Positions 37,952-48,504 of a stretch of DNA of 53,511 nucleotides are shown piece by piece. The DNA comes from a bacterium (GTDB taxonomy: Bacteria; SZUA-182; DTGQ01). Made by a program: the position numbers and the translations under genes. Each line of letters starts with the position of its first letter. The first letter of the stretch is position 1. The stretch spans positions 1 through 53,511 of the forward strand of contig JBFMGO010000030.1 in the NCBI GenBank assembly GCA_040752695.1. The letters are read 5' to 3'. A model generated the notes under the pieces. That model was not told the origin of the DNA. It did not search any database and saw only the letters and a program-made list of their open reading frames with translations.

Positions 37952-40777
37952 CTAGTTACTTACACTACCGCACGTATTATCTAGACAAGATGGTTTCTCT
38001 AGATATCTATTCAAGACACATTCTGCATCCCGCAGAGTAACGTTTCCATCTCCATTTACATCATAGTAGTCGTTGCACTCGCCTGTTCCGAGATAGCAGT
38101 TTAGGATCGCCTGAGCATCAGCCAGAGACAGTTTTCCGTCTAGATTTACATCTCCGCAGCATTTCATCTCTACGGTTACCGTGGCTTCGCATTCTGCAAG
38201 GTTTCCAGCTTGATCTATTGCCTTAAAGGTAACGACTGTGGCACCAAGGGCAAATTCTGCTGGAGCATTATTAACGACCGTTATCGTGTCATCTGCAATA
38301 TCATTTGCTTGGGCACTGCTCAAGAAGGACTGGATTTCAGTATCGCCAATCGCTACGCCCTTCATACTCAGTGTTTTTACGGTAATACCTGCCGGGCAAG
38401 TGATGAGGGGAGCTGTTGTATCTACTACGCTTACAGTAGCAGTACAACTTACTGAATTTCCAGCTTTGTCGATAACCATAAAGGTTACAACCGTGTCGCC
38501 AAGGCCACATGCGGAAGGTGCATCATTAGCGACCTCCATTGAACCATCGACGATATCTTCCGCGACTGCACCCTTCAGGAAATCCTGAATTGCGCTATTG
38601 TCGGCAGATACTCCATTTGGCCCCTCTGCTTCAATCGCGATATTTGCCGGACACGTAATGACTGGAGCAGTTTTATCAACGACACTCACTGTGGCTGTAC
38701 AACTTGCCGGATTACCGGCTTTATCAATAGCCGTAAAGGTTACAACCGTATCGCCAAGACCTAATACGGAAGGTGCATCATTTGTGACCTCTACTAAACC
38801 ATCGACGAGATCTTCCGCGACCGCACCAGTTAAGAATGCCTGAATTTCCGTATTGCTGGCAGATGTCCCCTCAGGCCCCTCGGCCTCAACAATGATGTTA
38901 GATGGACAGGTAATAGCAGGAACGGTTGTATCGATAACACTCACCACAGCCGTGCAACTTGCAGCATTTCCTGCTTTGTCGGTAGCTGTAAAAGTTACAT
39001 CCGTATCACCGAGTGGTAATATTGCTGGAGCATTATTGATAATGCTCTCAACCGGATTATCGATATTATCAATTACTACTGCGTCCTCCAGAAATGCCTG
39101 AATGGCAGGATTTTCGACTGCTACTCCATCCGGACCCTCGGCTTCAACAGAAATATTTTCAGGGCAGGTAACTGCAGGAGGTGTAACATCGACAACAGTA
39201 ATAGTAATATTTTGCTGTGCCGTATTACCATACGTATCAGTAGCTTTTACCGTTAATATATTTTCACCTAGGACAAGAGCAATTTCACTATTGGGATCAA
39301 GTGCAGCTCCTTCTGAATCTTCAATGCTCCACTTCGGAAGGAATCCATCGTCATCCCTCAGCTCGGCCATGAGAATTTCACCGCAATAAATTTCTCCATA
39401 TTCCCCGGATAAACTTGGAATACCTTTAAATTTAGCAATCGTAGTCTGAGCATCTCCTGCTCCTACTGAGATTGAATCTGATACCAGAGTAATAACCGGT
39501 GCTACATAATCGCACCCTACTTTGCCTGCATCCGGTCCGCCATAAGCACCCATGTCATTAGCGGTAGTATCTCTATCAGCAAAGGTAACATCTGGATTCC
39601 CTGCATCAATGCAGTCGCTGCCAGCTTCCAAGCGATAGTCTTCAGTGAACTCAGGTGGCTGGCTAATATTCCCAGTTCCATTCTTAAATGCTGGGATAAT
39701 ACCAGTACCGGTGAAAATGTCAGAATATGTTACTTCGATCTCAGACAGTGGGAACCCTCGGGTTGCGAATGATTCCATATAGGATAGTTTACACCAGATA
39801 ATGCAATTAGTAATGGTTGGCAGAGCATTGCTGCAGAACAGATCATAATAGTTACCAGCCTGGGATAAATTCCTGGCGATGGTATTATTGGTCAGCACAG
39901 GACTACAATTGGATAAATAAATCCCGGCACCGCTTGTTCCTGATACATTTTCTACTACTTTGTTATTCGAAATGGCTGGATTACTGGAATCAACCAGGCA
40001 TAGCCCAGCACCTGAACCAATTGTTGCGCTGTTTTCATAGACAAGGTTATTCTGAAAGGTTAAATCCCTGCCCCAAAATTCTCCATAAACGCCGGCACCA
40101 TCTTTGCCTGAGATATTTTGTATGATTTCGTTATTCTGAATCGTGCCTTCTCCGCAGGAGCAGTAAATACCCCCGCCCAATTCATCGGAAGTATTGTTTT
40201 GAATAATACAATTACGAATTTCCGGTATACAATTAGAGAGGTATAATCCTCCGCCATATCTTGACGTATTGTTTTCAATAGTACAATTTAATATGGCGAT
40301 CGTATAACTATCAGGCTCCAGGGATTCACAAAAAACACCGCCGCCTCTTTGTGACTTGCCATTTCTGATTGTGAACCCATCAATGAGCACACCATTTGCA
40401 CCAACCAATGCTGATGTTGCATTTCCGCCGTCTATGACGGTTTTATTTTTCAGGAAGTCCCTTTCCTCTCTTTTTGTTTCAATCCCTGCAAACCCGCCAT
40501 AGAGATGAATATTAGAGCTGAGTTGAACTTTTCCTTTATAAGTGCCTCTGGCTACCCATATTTCATTATATCCCAAATCATTGGCCAGATTTATTCCTGC
40601 TGTGATGCTCGGCACTGCATCATCCCAGGAGAGGCCGCTCACGCCTTGACTCGCTTGATCAACATAGATGCATTGAGCCTTTACTATTCTCGATCCCAGA
40701 ACGAGAGAGAAAATGAGGCTCAAAAAAACTAATAATGCATTTTTACCAAATGCATTCTTTCTTTTGTGATTTTTCAT
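37952..40777 (-). CDS. Secreted right-handed beta-helix (pectin-lyase-like fold) protein with 4-5 HYR-like repeats and a C-terminal dockerin
   Basis: IYVD..., EIWVARGTY, LYGGFAG, IDGFTIRNG and GGGLY/GAGIY repeats, SDCIDAGNP...DMGAYGG; loops GDVNLDGKLSLADAQ and DVNGDGNVTLRDAE. Confidence 0.85.
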   Translation of the reverse strand: MKNHKRKNAFGKNALLVFLSLIFSLVLGSRIVKAQCIYVDQASQGVSGLSWDDAVPSITAGINLANDLGYNEIWVARGTYKGKVQLSSNIHLYGGFAGIETKREERDFLKNKTVIDGGNATSALVGANGVLIDGFTIRNGKSQRGGGVFCESLEPDSYTIAILNCTIENNTSRYGGGLYLSNCIPEIRNCIIQNNTSDELGGGIYCSCGEGTIQNNEIIQNISGKDGAGVYGEFWGRDLTFQNNLVYENSATIGSGAGLCLVDSSNPAISNNKVVENVSGTSGAGIYLSNCSPVLTNNTIARNLSQAGNYYDLFCSNALPTITNCIIWCKLSYMESFATRGFPLSEIEVTYSDIFTGTGIIPAFKNGTGNISQPPEFTEDYRLEAGSDCIDAGNPDVTFADRDTTANDMGAYGGPDAGKVGCDYVAPVITLVSDSISVGAGDAQTTIAKFKGIPSLSGEYGEIYCGEILMAELRDDDGFLPKWSIEDSEGAALDPNSEIALVLGENILTVKATDTYGNTAQQNITITVVDVTPPAVTCPENISVEAEGPDGVAVENPAIQAFLEDAVVIDNIDNPVESIINNAPAILPLGDTDVTFTATDKAGNAASCTAVVSVIDTTVPAITCPSNIIVEAEGPEGTSASNTEIQAFLTGAVAEDLVDGLVEVTNDAPSVLGLGDTVVTFTAIDKAGNPASCTATVSVVDKTAPVITCPANIAIEAEGPNGVSADNSAIQDFLKGAVAEDIVDGSMEVANDAPSACGLGDTVVTFMVIDKAGNSVSCTATVSVVDTTAPLITCPAGITVKTLSMKGVAIGDTEIQSFLSSAQANDIADDTITVVNNAPAEFALGATVVTFKAIDQAGNLAECEATVTVEMKCCGDVNLDGKLSLADAQAILNCYLGTGECNDYYDVNGDGNVTLRDAECVLNRYLEKPSCLDNTCGSVSN
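38165..39190 (-). repeat. 4 tandem ~255-nt HYR-like coding repeats homologous to those at 34438-36477
   Basis: Same consensus as in the neighbouring gene. Confidence 0.88.
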
Positions 40778-40997
40778 ATGTACACCCCTATAACCTTTTT
40801 ATACAGTGCGGTAAAAAGTTATGAATAAAGAGCACCCTGAGTATAAATGTTCTCCTTGAGTAAAACACCTCCTTTTTGCTTTTGGAATCTAAAAATCTGC
40901 CGGTTTTTCAAACCTTAAAAACCACCTCCTTATATCTTTACATCTTCTATCTTTACTTGATCTTTTCATATTTTTCATATTTCATTTTTTATTTTTC

Positions 40998-43082
40998 TTA
41001 TGGAAGAAAGGCGAGTTTGTCCTTTTTCATATAAATGATGTAACTTTCGTCTTTATAAATTGGGAAATTATCCCCTGCTGGTTTCCCGGACTGGCAAAAA
41101 GCTATATACCACCGGCCACTCGTCTTTTCATGTCTTTGAATCGCCACGACTTCTACCTGCCTGTCCAGCATTTCCTGAAGCAAATCGAAGGATGTAAATG
41201 ATGCGCTCGGAACACTAAAGGATACTAAATTAATCCCTTGATAGAGATTGGTTTCAAAAGAAGCATTCATTCCGGGGAAAACGAGATCCTGGTGCACCTT
41301 GGAATACACTAAATATCCGTCCCCATTATTAATGGTGAATATGTCCCCTGCAGGAGATTGGCCATTCCAGTAAGCCACTTGCCATTGTTCGCTCTGATTA
41401 TCATAATGCCACAGGCTTTGAAGAGATTGAGGGGTAAAATACTGGGTTAAAAAATCATAGGAAATATATGATGAAGGGACAGTTACTGGATAGCATATCA
41501 AATTTAATCCACGAGTCAGGCTAACTCTTTCCTCGGGTCCTAACTGAATCGTAAACCCCTTCGGCAAAGATCCTGTAGTTCCACCTGCTGTTACCGCAAG
41601 ATCATAGATTCCAACTTGCAGAAAGTCAGCAGGGACAATAGCTCTCAATGTGGTCGTATTAACAAAACTTACCTGGGTTAACTCCTGTGATCCGATTGTA
41701 ACCTTCGATTCAGAAGAAAAGCTCTTTCCCGTGATAGTAATTTCCTGGCTTTGGTTGTTAAAGCATTTATTCGGATCAACCCCTGTAACTGATACTGGAG
41801 CCGAGCGCACCGTATAAGCATCAGGAAGCACTCCTACCAAGCCTGCTGAAGTAGTAACAGTTATCGGATAAGATCCGGCACTTAATCCTGCCGGTATTTC
41901 AGCGTAAATAATGACATCACCGGAATAACCGGTAACCTTCAGGGGAGTGGTACCGAGGGTTACCTGCGAGCCCGAAAAAAGATTAGAGCCGATGATCCAG
42001 ACAAGAACCACTTGTTCGTTTGAACCATTATCGGGCGTAAGTTTAGCAGGTCGAGGTGTAGCGGAAGGTAATACCTTAAAGCCATTAGGCACTGTTGTGC
42101 TGGTACTTCCAATGATCACGGTTAAATCATAAGTCCCCACTGATAAATACTGAGCTGGTACAGTTACCTTTAAGGTAGCCGTATTAATGTAATTTACCTG
42201 AGTCAGTTCGAGGGTCCCGATTTTGACAATCGCCCCTGCTGCGAAACCGCTTCCCGTGATGGTGATCTCACGTGTAAGATCGGAATAATTCTCATTTGGC
42301 TCAATCTTGGTTACAGAAACTGGAGCAGGGAGCACCTTATAACCATTCGGCAACGTCCCTGATCTCTCTCCTACGATTACCGTAACGTCATACGTTCCAA
42401 CAGGGAGAAGCCGTGCCGGAACAGTAGCTTTCAGGGTAGTCCCATTTATGTAAGATACCTGCGACAGTTCTGTCGAACCAATCCTTACCCTCGCTCCTGC
42501 GGCATAATTTGTTCCGGTGATGGTTATTTCCTGGCTTCGATCGGCATAATTCTCATTCGGTTCAACCTTAGTAACCATTACAAGTGAATTATAGCTTATG
42601 TCAACTCTCCATGGCTCATCGTCATTATGTTTCCATGTGAGGCGACCTGAAGCGTCCTTCACCGTTGAACTCAAAATGGAAACCTGAAAGCCACTGGTCA
42701 ACTCTATCCCCTTCTTAGCATCCCATAACCTTATTTCCAGAGCATTCCCGATCCGGGGACCTTTATTATTGATAATAGCGTTATAATTAAAAATATTTAT
42801 AAGAAAACTTCCATCAAATCTATCTATACATGTCGCTCCACATAAGAAGCCCTGATAGAAGACTCCTATTTCATCACCTGTCCGAACCTGTTGATCAATG
42901 GTTAGAGTTCCCGTAATATCCATGATATCAGCAGAGCCGGGACTTGGCATCCACTCAGGATTCATATTCGGTCTAAGATCAAAGTGCATTTGATCACAAG
43001 CCCCTCGAGCAGATAAACCGCTTATATGCAGCACCATAATAACAATCATAAAAGCGAAAATTTTCTTATATTTATTAGACAT
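40998..43082 (-). CDS. Secreted protein with 4 IPT/TIG domains, an N-terminal uncharacterised beta domain and a duplicated C-terminal 'L..G.NL...GY' domain
   Basis: Signal peptide; four V..V.P...ITITG..F/Y..G..V.IG-type units. The alternative GTG start at 43103 overlaps the upstream stop. Confidence 0.85.
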   Translation of the reverse strand: MSNKYKKIFAFMIVIMVLHISGLSARGACDQMHFDLRPNMNPEWMPSPGSADIMDITGTLTIDQQVRTGDEIGVFYQGFLCGATCIDRFDGSFLINIFNYNAIINNKGPRIGNALEIRLWDAKKGIELTSGFQVSILSSTVKDASGRLTWKHNDDEPWRVDISYNSLVMVTKVEPNENYADRSQEITITGTNYAAGARVRIGSTELSQVSYINGTTLKATVPARLLPVGTYDVTVIVGERSGTLPNGYKVLPAPVSVTKIEPNENYSDLTREITITGSGFAAGAIVKIGTLELTQVNYINTATLKVTVPAQYLSVGTYDLTVIIGSTSTTVPNGFKVLPSATPRPAKLTPDNGSNEQVVLVWIIGSNLFSGSQVTLGTTPLKVTGYSGDVIIYAEIPAGLSAGSYPITVTTSAGLVGVLPDAYTVRSAPVSVTGVDPNKCFNNQSQEITITGKSFSSESKVTIGSQELTQVSFVNTTTLRAIVPADFLQVGIYDLAVTAGGTTGSLPKGFTIQLGPEERVSLTRGLNLICYPVTVPSSYISYDFLTQYFTPQSLQSLWHYDNQSEQWQVAYWNGQSPAGDIFTINNGDGYLVYSKVHQDLVFPGMNASFETNLYQGINLVSFSVPSASFTSFDLLQEMLDRQVEVVAIQRHEKTSGRWYIAFCQSGKPAGDNFPIYKDESYIIYMKKDKLAFLP

Positions 43083-43099
43083 TGATCTATTTAACCTCC

Positions 43100-44092
43100 T
43101 CACGATTCAGTGCCCGAGACAACCAGTAAGTCAACCCGCTTTAATTCGTTTGCTCCCTGACACACAGCCTGTTCCGGGTTATCGGGGGTAGCAACCATCC
43201 CGTCAACCTTAAAAGTAATAGACTCTCCAGGATATATTCCTTCTTTTTCTGTGGTCTCAATATCATCCATGTAAATATGGATTACTCCATAGAGCCCATC
43301 TTTTTTCACTAAAGACCTTCCACATTCCTTCCCACCAGAGTCATAGGCATATACCCAGGAGCCTTCCTTTGCATTTACATAACCATAAATCTCGTTACTC
43401 CAGGGAGTTGGTGTAGGCGATTCCTCCTCTGGCTTTTTTACCGGTTCTCCCGGTTCTTTTTCTTGATCCTCGATAAGCCAGGATTGAGATTCATCAGGCC
43501 TTACAGAGTTCGGAGGTGTCTTTTGAGGCGCGTGATTCTTCGAGACACCACCGCTCTGAGCCACCGCAGTTCCTCCCGACGATGAAGAATCCTGGTTCAA
43601 GTGTATAAAGGCTCCAGTTCTTTGAATGTCTGATCCTCCATTTTTTTCAGATCGCTTATCATCTCTTTGCCGATCTTTTCTGTCCTGATCTTTCTTGAGC
43701 TCTCGGGTGGTCTCGGGCATATTCTGCCTTCCTGACTCAAGGCCAAGCAGACTGATCCTGAAATCCTGTCTGCTCTTATTCCCCGGTTCCTGATCAGTAC
43801 CAGTTCTCTGATTTGCTGATGACGATAAACCTTCTTTACTGGGATATACTTTTGAGTGGAAAAATCCCCCTTCTTCAATCGTATTTGTCTTTTTTCCTTC
43901 TGTCGATTTCTCCAACAGACTTTCTATTTTATTCAACAAGAGGGCGGTCTCCTTGCCACTTAACAAGGTACGTTCCTCCTGCCCTTTTTTTTCTCTTGTA
44001 TGAGACAACCAGGTATATTTCCGACTGAGAAAGAAAGCAGTACAAATGCCGATAATTATAACGATTATAATCGACTTTTTTCTATCCGGCAT
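43100..44092 (-). CDS. Membrane-anchored protein: N-terminal TM, long disordered linker, C-terminal uncharacterised beta domain
   Basis: KKSIIIVIIIGICTAFFL signal-anchor; charged/Pro linker; GSWVYAYDSGGKECG...DGLYGVIHIYMDD...PGESITFKVDG. Confidence 0.8.
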   Translation of the reverse strand: MPDRKKSIIIVIIIGICTAFFLSRKYTWLSHTREKKGQEERTLLSGKETALLLNKIESLLEKSTEGKKTNTIEEGGFFHSKVYPSKEGLSSSANQRTGTDQEPGNKSRQDFRISLLGLESGRQNMPETTRELKKDQDRKDRQRDDKRSEKNGGSDIQRTGAFIHLNQDSSSSGGTAVAQSGGVSKNHAPQKTPPNSVRPDESQSWLIEDQEKEPGEPVKKPEEESPTPTPWSNEIYGYVNAKEGSWVYAYDSGGKECGRSLVKKDGLYGVIHIYMDDIETTEKEGIYPGESITFKVDGMVATPDNPEQAVCQGANELKRVDLLVVSGTES

Positions 44093-44153
44093 AAAAACAC
44101 TTCCTCTCTACTGGCCTCAAATGCTTTTCAAGCAATTTCTTATAGGAGTGTGG

Positions 44154-44186
44154 GTGGGAAGCCCCCCTAAAGGGGGGCTTCACCAC
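44154..44186 (-). terminator. Strong hairpin after the 1421-aa gene (GAAGCCCCCC-TAAA-GGGGGGCTTC)
   Basis: 10-bp GC-rich core stem ~50 nt after the stop. Confidence 0.7.
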
Positions 44187-44238
44187 AATTAACAAGATCC
44201 TTGATGTCCATTTAAGGAGCATCAATCCTCAACTGATA

Positions 44239-47200
44239 CTAAGGCCATGAGATGTTGCAATCACCCTTAACCCTCATCATATAACCGAATCCAGGTCCTA
44301 CGCACTTAAGATCGGTAAGACCACGAAGGATTGTATAGTTAATATCAGTTACAGGAGGATTATACCAGCACTTGGTACCTTTATAGGAGGTCTTGATGCG
44401 ATCTACTGATGATTTGAAGGAATCGAAAGCATAATCAATGCTATCTACGAGCACAGCACTCCCGGTAGCACTCGAGAAGAGATTCGCCATTTCTTCAGGC
44501 ATATCTCTATAGTAGATATTACCACCCCAATAACCAACCATGTTCCATCCGGTCCCTTTTACGGGCAGACGATATTTTGGAGTGTTATCCTCTACTATGT
44601 TACCGAGAACTACCAGCTTGGCATTTTCAACCTCTGGAATGTAAATCCAGTATCCATTTCCAATAGAGAAATATTCTACCTTCTTGACATCCTTGGTGCT
44701 GCCAGCCTTTGTTTGTCTGATAGCGTCACCAGCGGGTTTTGAACCATCATAGAAGTAAATTCTTTCCCACTGGCCACTCAAAGATGAAAGAACGTTATCG
44801 ATAGAGGGTACGTTCACGACAGGGCAAACACTCTGACCAACAGGGATGCCTGTAGCATCATCAACCAACGCAGTTCCCGGATTCGGTGTAGTGCTGCCAT
44901 CGTTAACGACGTATCTCTTTAAAGTAGAGAAGGAAACAAAATTCCAGCCCTTGTAAAGAGACTTGCTCTCATAGCTGCCAAGGTCTATATCGTGTACCTG
45001 GACATCATCATTTTTCCAGGCAAGATAATAACCTTGATCATCTTTACAGTTATTGGTTACCAAATACTGTTTCGGTGTCGCATCGTTACTCTCAACTACC
45101 AGGAAGATGGAATCCCCTTCTTTGAAACCAGGAGTCGTGAATTCACCATAAGCATGCATGGCATAACTGCCATCTTCTCCGATGATAGCGCACGATCCAT
45201 AGCAAACACCATTCTTGCTTTTTCCTGGTGCCAAGACAGCGTTGATAGAAACAACGTTAGGATCTCTTGCCACTTTATCAAGGTATTTGGTTTCCTGTCT
45301 GCCGCTGTTGTACTGATATACGTGTGCATAGCGATAGAGGTTATTCAGGCTGTATGCATACACTCTCCAGCCAGCAGGAACAGCCTCTCCGTCAGCATCG
45401 GTAATGGTTCCGGTAATCGTCATTGAATATGCAGAAGGTTCCGGTTCATGGTCAGCTATTGGATCTGTCGCAGATTCAGGCGTCTTCACGACAGCTTTTT
45501 GTGGTACGATATCTCCTGTACCTGAACCACCTGCCGTAAACACTTGGGCAAAATTACCGGCCTTATCAAAAATACCATCTTCTGTGTACACGATACCGTC
45601 GGCTGGAACAGTGTCCGTCGCGGGTCCGAAGTAGAGATTATTAATAATACCGGTTCTCGTTGCAGCATCTGCACCAATTATATCTGCCGTAAACTGTACA
45701 ACTTTTCCGTAGCAACCGTTCAAATTATAATCAAGGATATCAACTTCCGTATCGGCATAGACGCGATCAAGGCGATACTGTTCATCGGTCACTACCGTTA
45801 CGGTACGATAAGCGGTAAAGTCTTTTGCTGCAGAAATCTTGTCTGGTACGTCTGCGATATCAACATCCGGGTTCCAGACATTCGGATCGATCTCTTCGGA
45901 ATACTGGACCCTGATTGTGTAGGTATCCCTGTCAGTGCCATTGCTCTTTATCTGATAGGTAACCGCAACCGGATAAGGATTGGCAGCATCCGTGATACCG
46001 CTTGCAAGCACTCCGATCGGTGAGCTTACCTTGTGATAGGTCGTTAACGTATCGTCTTCTGGATCGGGGAATGCGACATCACACCTCACATAATTGTCTG
46101 CATCAAGATAAAGGGTAAAGCCAGGTTTTGCACCTGTATCGAAAGCATCCTTCTCTTCCAGATAAATGGTCATCTCATCGTTCGTGATGCTTATTGGAGA
46201 TGATGTATCGGTGCTCAGGCTGTAACCGTCTACCGTGGTTTTGGATGCGACCAGTGCCGGGCTGTAGAAAGCCGGGACGATTGGCTCATTCCAGGTCAAC
46301 AGCAATGCATCGATGTGACCATCGGCATCTTCATCCATCGTGGACGCTTCGGTAATCCAGGGGACGGTTGCATCAAAAACCGTTACTCCCGGATTGTATT
46401 CAGCAGAATAGCCATTTATATCTTTGATCATATCCAGATCATTGATCATTACCGCTGTTCCGTTCGGGATCTCATCTTCACCCATCTGGATTTCGATCGT
46501 ACTGGTTGATCCTACCGACTGCAAGATCTTGGAACTATATCCGAACTCGAGCGTTCCGGGAAGGGCAAAAATACTATCGAGAGAAACCAACAACATGGTG
46601 CTGTTGACCTGTACCGCTTCGCTGAAGGTAAGGGTCAGCACATGATTTTCAGATTCATCCGCCATTGGCTGTGTGCTAGAAGGATGCTTGTCATACGATG
46701 CAGAGGTAATATAGGGACCTATTCTGTCAAGGGTGGCAACGCCTGCATTGTTACTGATCAACAATCCTCTGGTAGGACTGGTGCCCTTAATGTTGGCCAT
46801 ACCATCTTCAGTAATCTTCACTTTCGGAAGTCCGCTGGCGCTGGTATCTGAAATTGCGGCATCAATGGTCAGCGTGACATATTTGCCATCCGCACTCTGC
46901 ACGGCTGAATCCACCACAACTCCCTGGCTTGCATCGTCCTCGTCAACAAGCACATCCTCCAACCCTGGTACCATTTCAACCCAATAGTACGATTCGTCCT
47001 CTACCTCAGGTCCCATTACGTCATTGAAGTGGACCTGGATATTGGTTTGACCGGCAACGATATTTCTTACTTCGACACGAGCCACCTTGCTGCCAAGCTT
47101 GCTCAGTACCTCACACACAGGAGCCTTATTACCCTCTTTGTCCTTGATCTTGGTAAACTCGCCAACCTGTACAGAGGTATTCACTTTCAACGCCCTGCCA

Positions 47201-48504
47201 AGAACGATCATGCGATCATTGTCCGTGGAGTATGAGGCTGCTATCGAAGTATTTTTCTCGCCAGCTATGATAAGAGAATTCGGATCGAGAGAAGCTAATT
47301 TGTCGAGGGGATCACTGAAGAGCAGGAAGGTCTTACTTCCGCTGTCGTCTACCAGAGATTCCAACAGTACAGGCCCGACCTCGTCTCTAATGTCACTAAC
47401 ACCCATATAGACCATTCTGGCACCATTATTTGCGCCAACGGTCATCTTTTCGAGCGTTGTCCATGAAGTAATCCAGGTACTGAAATCCGGGTTACTGACA
47501 TCCATTGTATCAATGGTGAAGACGTTCCATGATTCTTCCGGAGTGGAGGTACGACCGGAAATATCCGTTACCTCGCCATCCTTATAGTACACAAGGGTAC
47601 TGGGAGTAGCTGGTATTTGAGCACTGGCAGGTATGTAAAGACTGACAGTAGCTGTAGGTGAGGCATAGGTTACCTTGACATATGCATCCAGGTTATTGCT
47701 GATCCCTGCATGCTGCCGGTAGTTAATACCGGTAATGGCGGCAAATGGATTAACAAGGGTATTACCGCTCTTATCCTTGCACTCAATCAGAATATCGAAG
47801 GGGTTGGCTATATTGCCGACCTTCATAAATGACGCTGAGTCCAGAATAAGAGTTGCAGGATTGTCAAACTGTGAAGATTGTGCCATGTTGACGCGATCTG
47901 CGGTTGTACCGTCTACTCTTCCTTTAGCCCAGAGAAATACATCCTCATCCTCATCGGTAGCTGTTACGCTTGCAGTAAAGAAGTTACGAATTTCACTGCC
48001 AGGCACAGGCAAGAAGGAAGCAGCAACGTCAGGCTGAACATAATCGACATCAAATGACTTGAGACCACTTAAGCCTCTAATGCTGACATCAATTCTATCG
48101 ACGGGAACGCCATTGACCGTCAGATCAGATGCCAAGATCACAAAGGACCCTCTCAAATCACCACTGCTGCTGCACGTACATTTGTTAGTAGTAGTGACTG
48201 GAGGGATGGAAATGTACTTTACCGCATCATATTCGGGCTCATCGACTGTACCGGTATTCACGAGGCAGGTGACATTGATATCTCCGGCGCCTAATACACC
48301 TGTATAGCCTTTCCCTTCATAATAGATTGTCCGATTTGTAGCGGAGAGCTTATCATACGGAGCCTGGGTAGGATCGCTCTTATCGTAAGCCCTGATATCT
48401 TCCGGGTTCATAGTCGGTGCTGCCCAAGCGCTGCTTCCCGCAAGGGCTACACAGGCTAAAATCAATAAAGTTGCTATAAAAGTAAATCCTTTTTTCATAG
48501 ACAT
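44239..48504 (-). CDS. Large acidic secreted protein, S-layer-like (Ig-like beta repeats)
   Basis: Signal peptide (AWA); D/T/V-rich; repeated L.F/YSE/D...D..GN motifs; strong AGGAGG RBS, long leader and its own terminator. S-layer role is inferred. Confidence 0.7.
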   Translation of the reverse strand: MSMKKGFTFIATLLILACVALAGSSAWAAPTMNPEDIRAYDKSDPTQAPYDKLSATNRTIYYEGKGYTGVLGAGDINVTCLVNTGTVDEPEYDAVKYISIPPVTTTNKCTCSSSGDLRGSFVILASDLTVNGVPVDRIDVSIRGLSGLKSFDVDYVQPDVAASFLPVPGSEIRNFFTASVTATDEDEDVFLWAKGRVDGTTADRVNMAQSSQFDNPATLILDSASFMKVGNIANPFDILIECKDKSGNTLVNPFAAITGINYRQHAGISNNLDAYVKVTYASPTATVSLYIPASAQIPATPSTLVYYKDGEVTDISGRTSTPEESWNVFTIDTMDVSNPDFSTWITSWTTLEKMTVGANNGARMVYMGVSDIRDEVGPVLLESLVDDSGSKTFLLFSDPLDKLASLDPNSLIIAGEKNTSIAASYSTDNDRMIVLGRALKVNTSVQVGEFTKIKDKEGNKAPVCEVLSKLGSKVARVEVRNIVAGQTNIQVHFNDVMGPEVEDESYYWVEMVPGLEDVLVDEDDASQGVVVDSAVQSADGKYVTLTIDAAISDTSASGLPKVKITEDGMANIKGTSPTRGLLISNNAGVATLDRIGPYITSASYDKHPSSTQPMADESENHVLTLTFSEAVQVNSTMLLVSLDSIFALPGTLEFGYSSKILQSVGSTSTIEIQMGEDEIPNGTAVMINDLDMIKDINGYSAEYNPGVTVFDATVPWITEASTMDEDADGHIDALLLTWNEPIVPAFYSPALVASKTTVDGYSLSTDTSSPISITNDEMTIYLEEKDAFDTGAKPGFTLYLDADNYVRCDVAFPDPEDDTLTTYHKVSSPIGVLASGITDAANPYPVAVTYQIKSNGTDRDTYTIRVQYSEEIDPNVWNPDVDIADVPDKISAAKDFTAYRTVTVVTDEQYRLDRVYADTEVDILDYNLNGCYGKVVQFTADIIGADAATRTGIINNLYFGPATDTVPADGIVYTEDGIFDKAGNFAQVFTAGGSGTGDIVPQKAVVKTPESATDPIADHEPEPSAYSMTITGTITDADGEAVPAGWRVYAYSLNNLYRYAHVYQYNSGRQETKYLDKVARDPNVVSINAVLAPGKSKNGVCYGSCAIIGEDGSYAMHAYGEFTTPGFKEGDSIFLVVESNDATPKQYLVTNNCKDDQGYYLAWKNDDVQVHDIDLGSYESKSLYKGWNFVSFSTLKRYVVNDGSTTPNPGTALVDDATGIPVGQSVCPVVNVPSIDNVLSSLSGQWERIYFYDGSKPAGDAIRQTKAGSTKDVKKVEYFSIGNGYWIYIPEVENAKLVVLGNIVEDNTPKYRLPVKGTGWNMVGYWGGNIYYRDMPEEMANLFSSATGSAVLVDSIDYAFDSFKSSVDRIKTSYKGTKCWYNPPVTDINYTILRGLTDLKCVGPGFGYMMRVKGDCNISWP

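Noticed and set aside
34487..39389. Family of similar ~81-aa plus-strand ORFs (35888, 36143, 38598, 38853 etc.)
   Set aside because: Antisense shadows of the HYR repeats.
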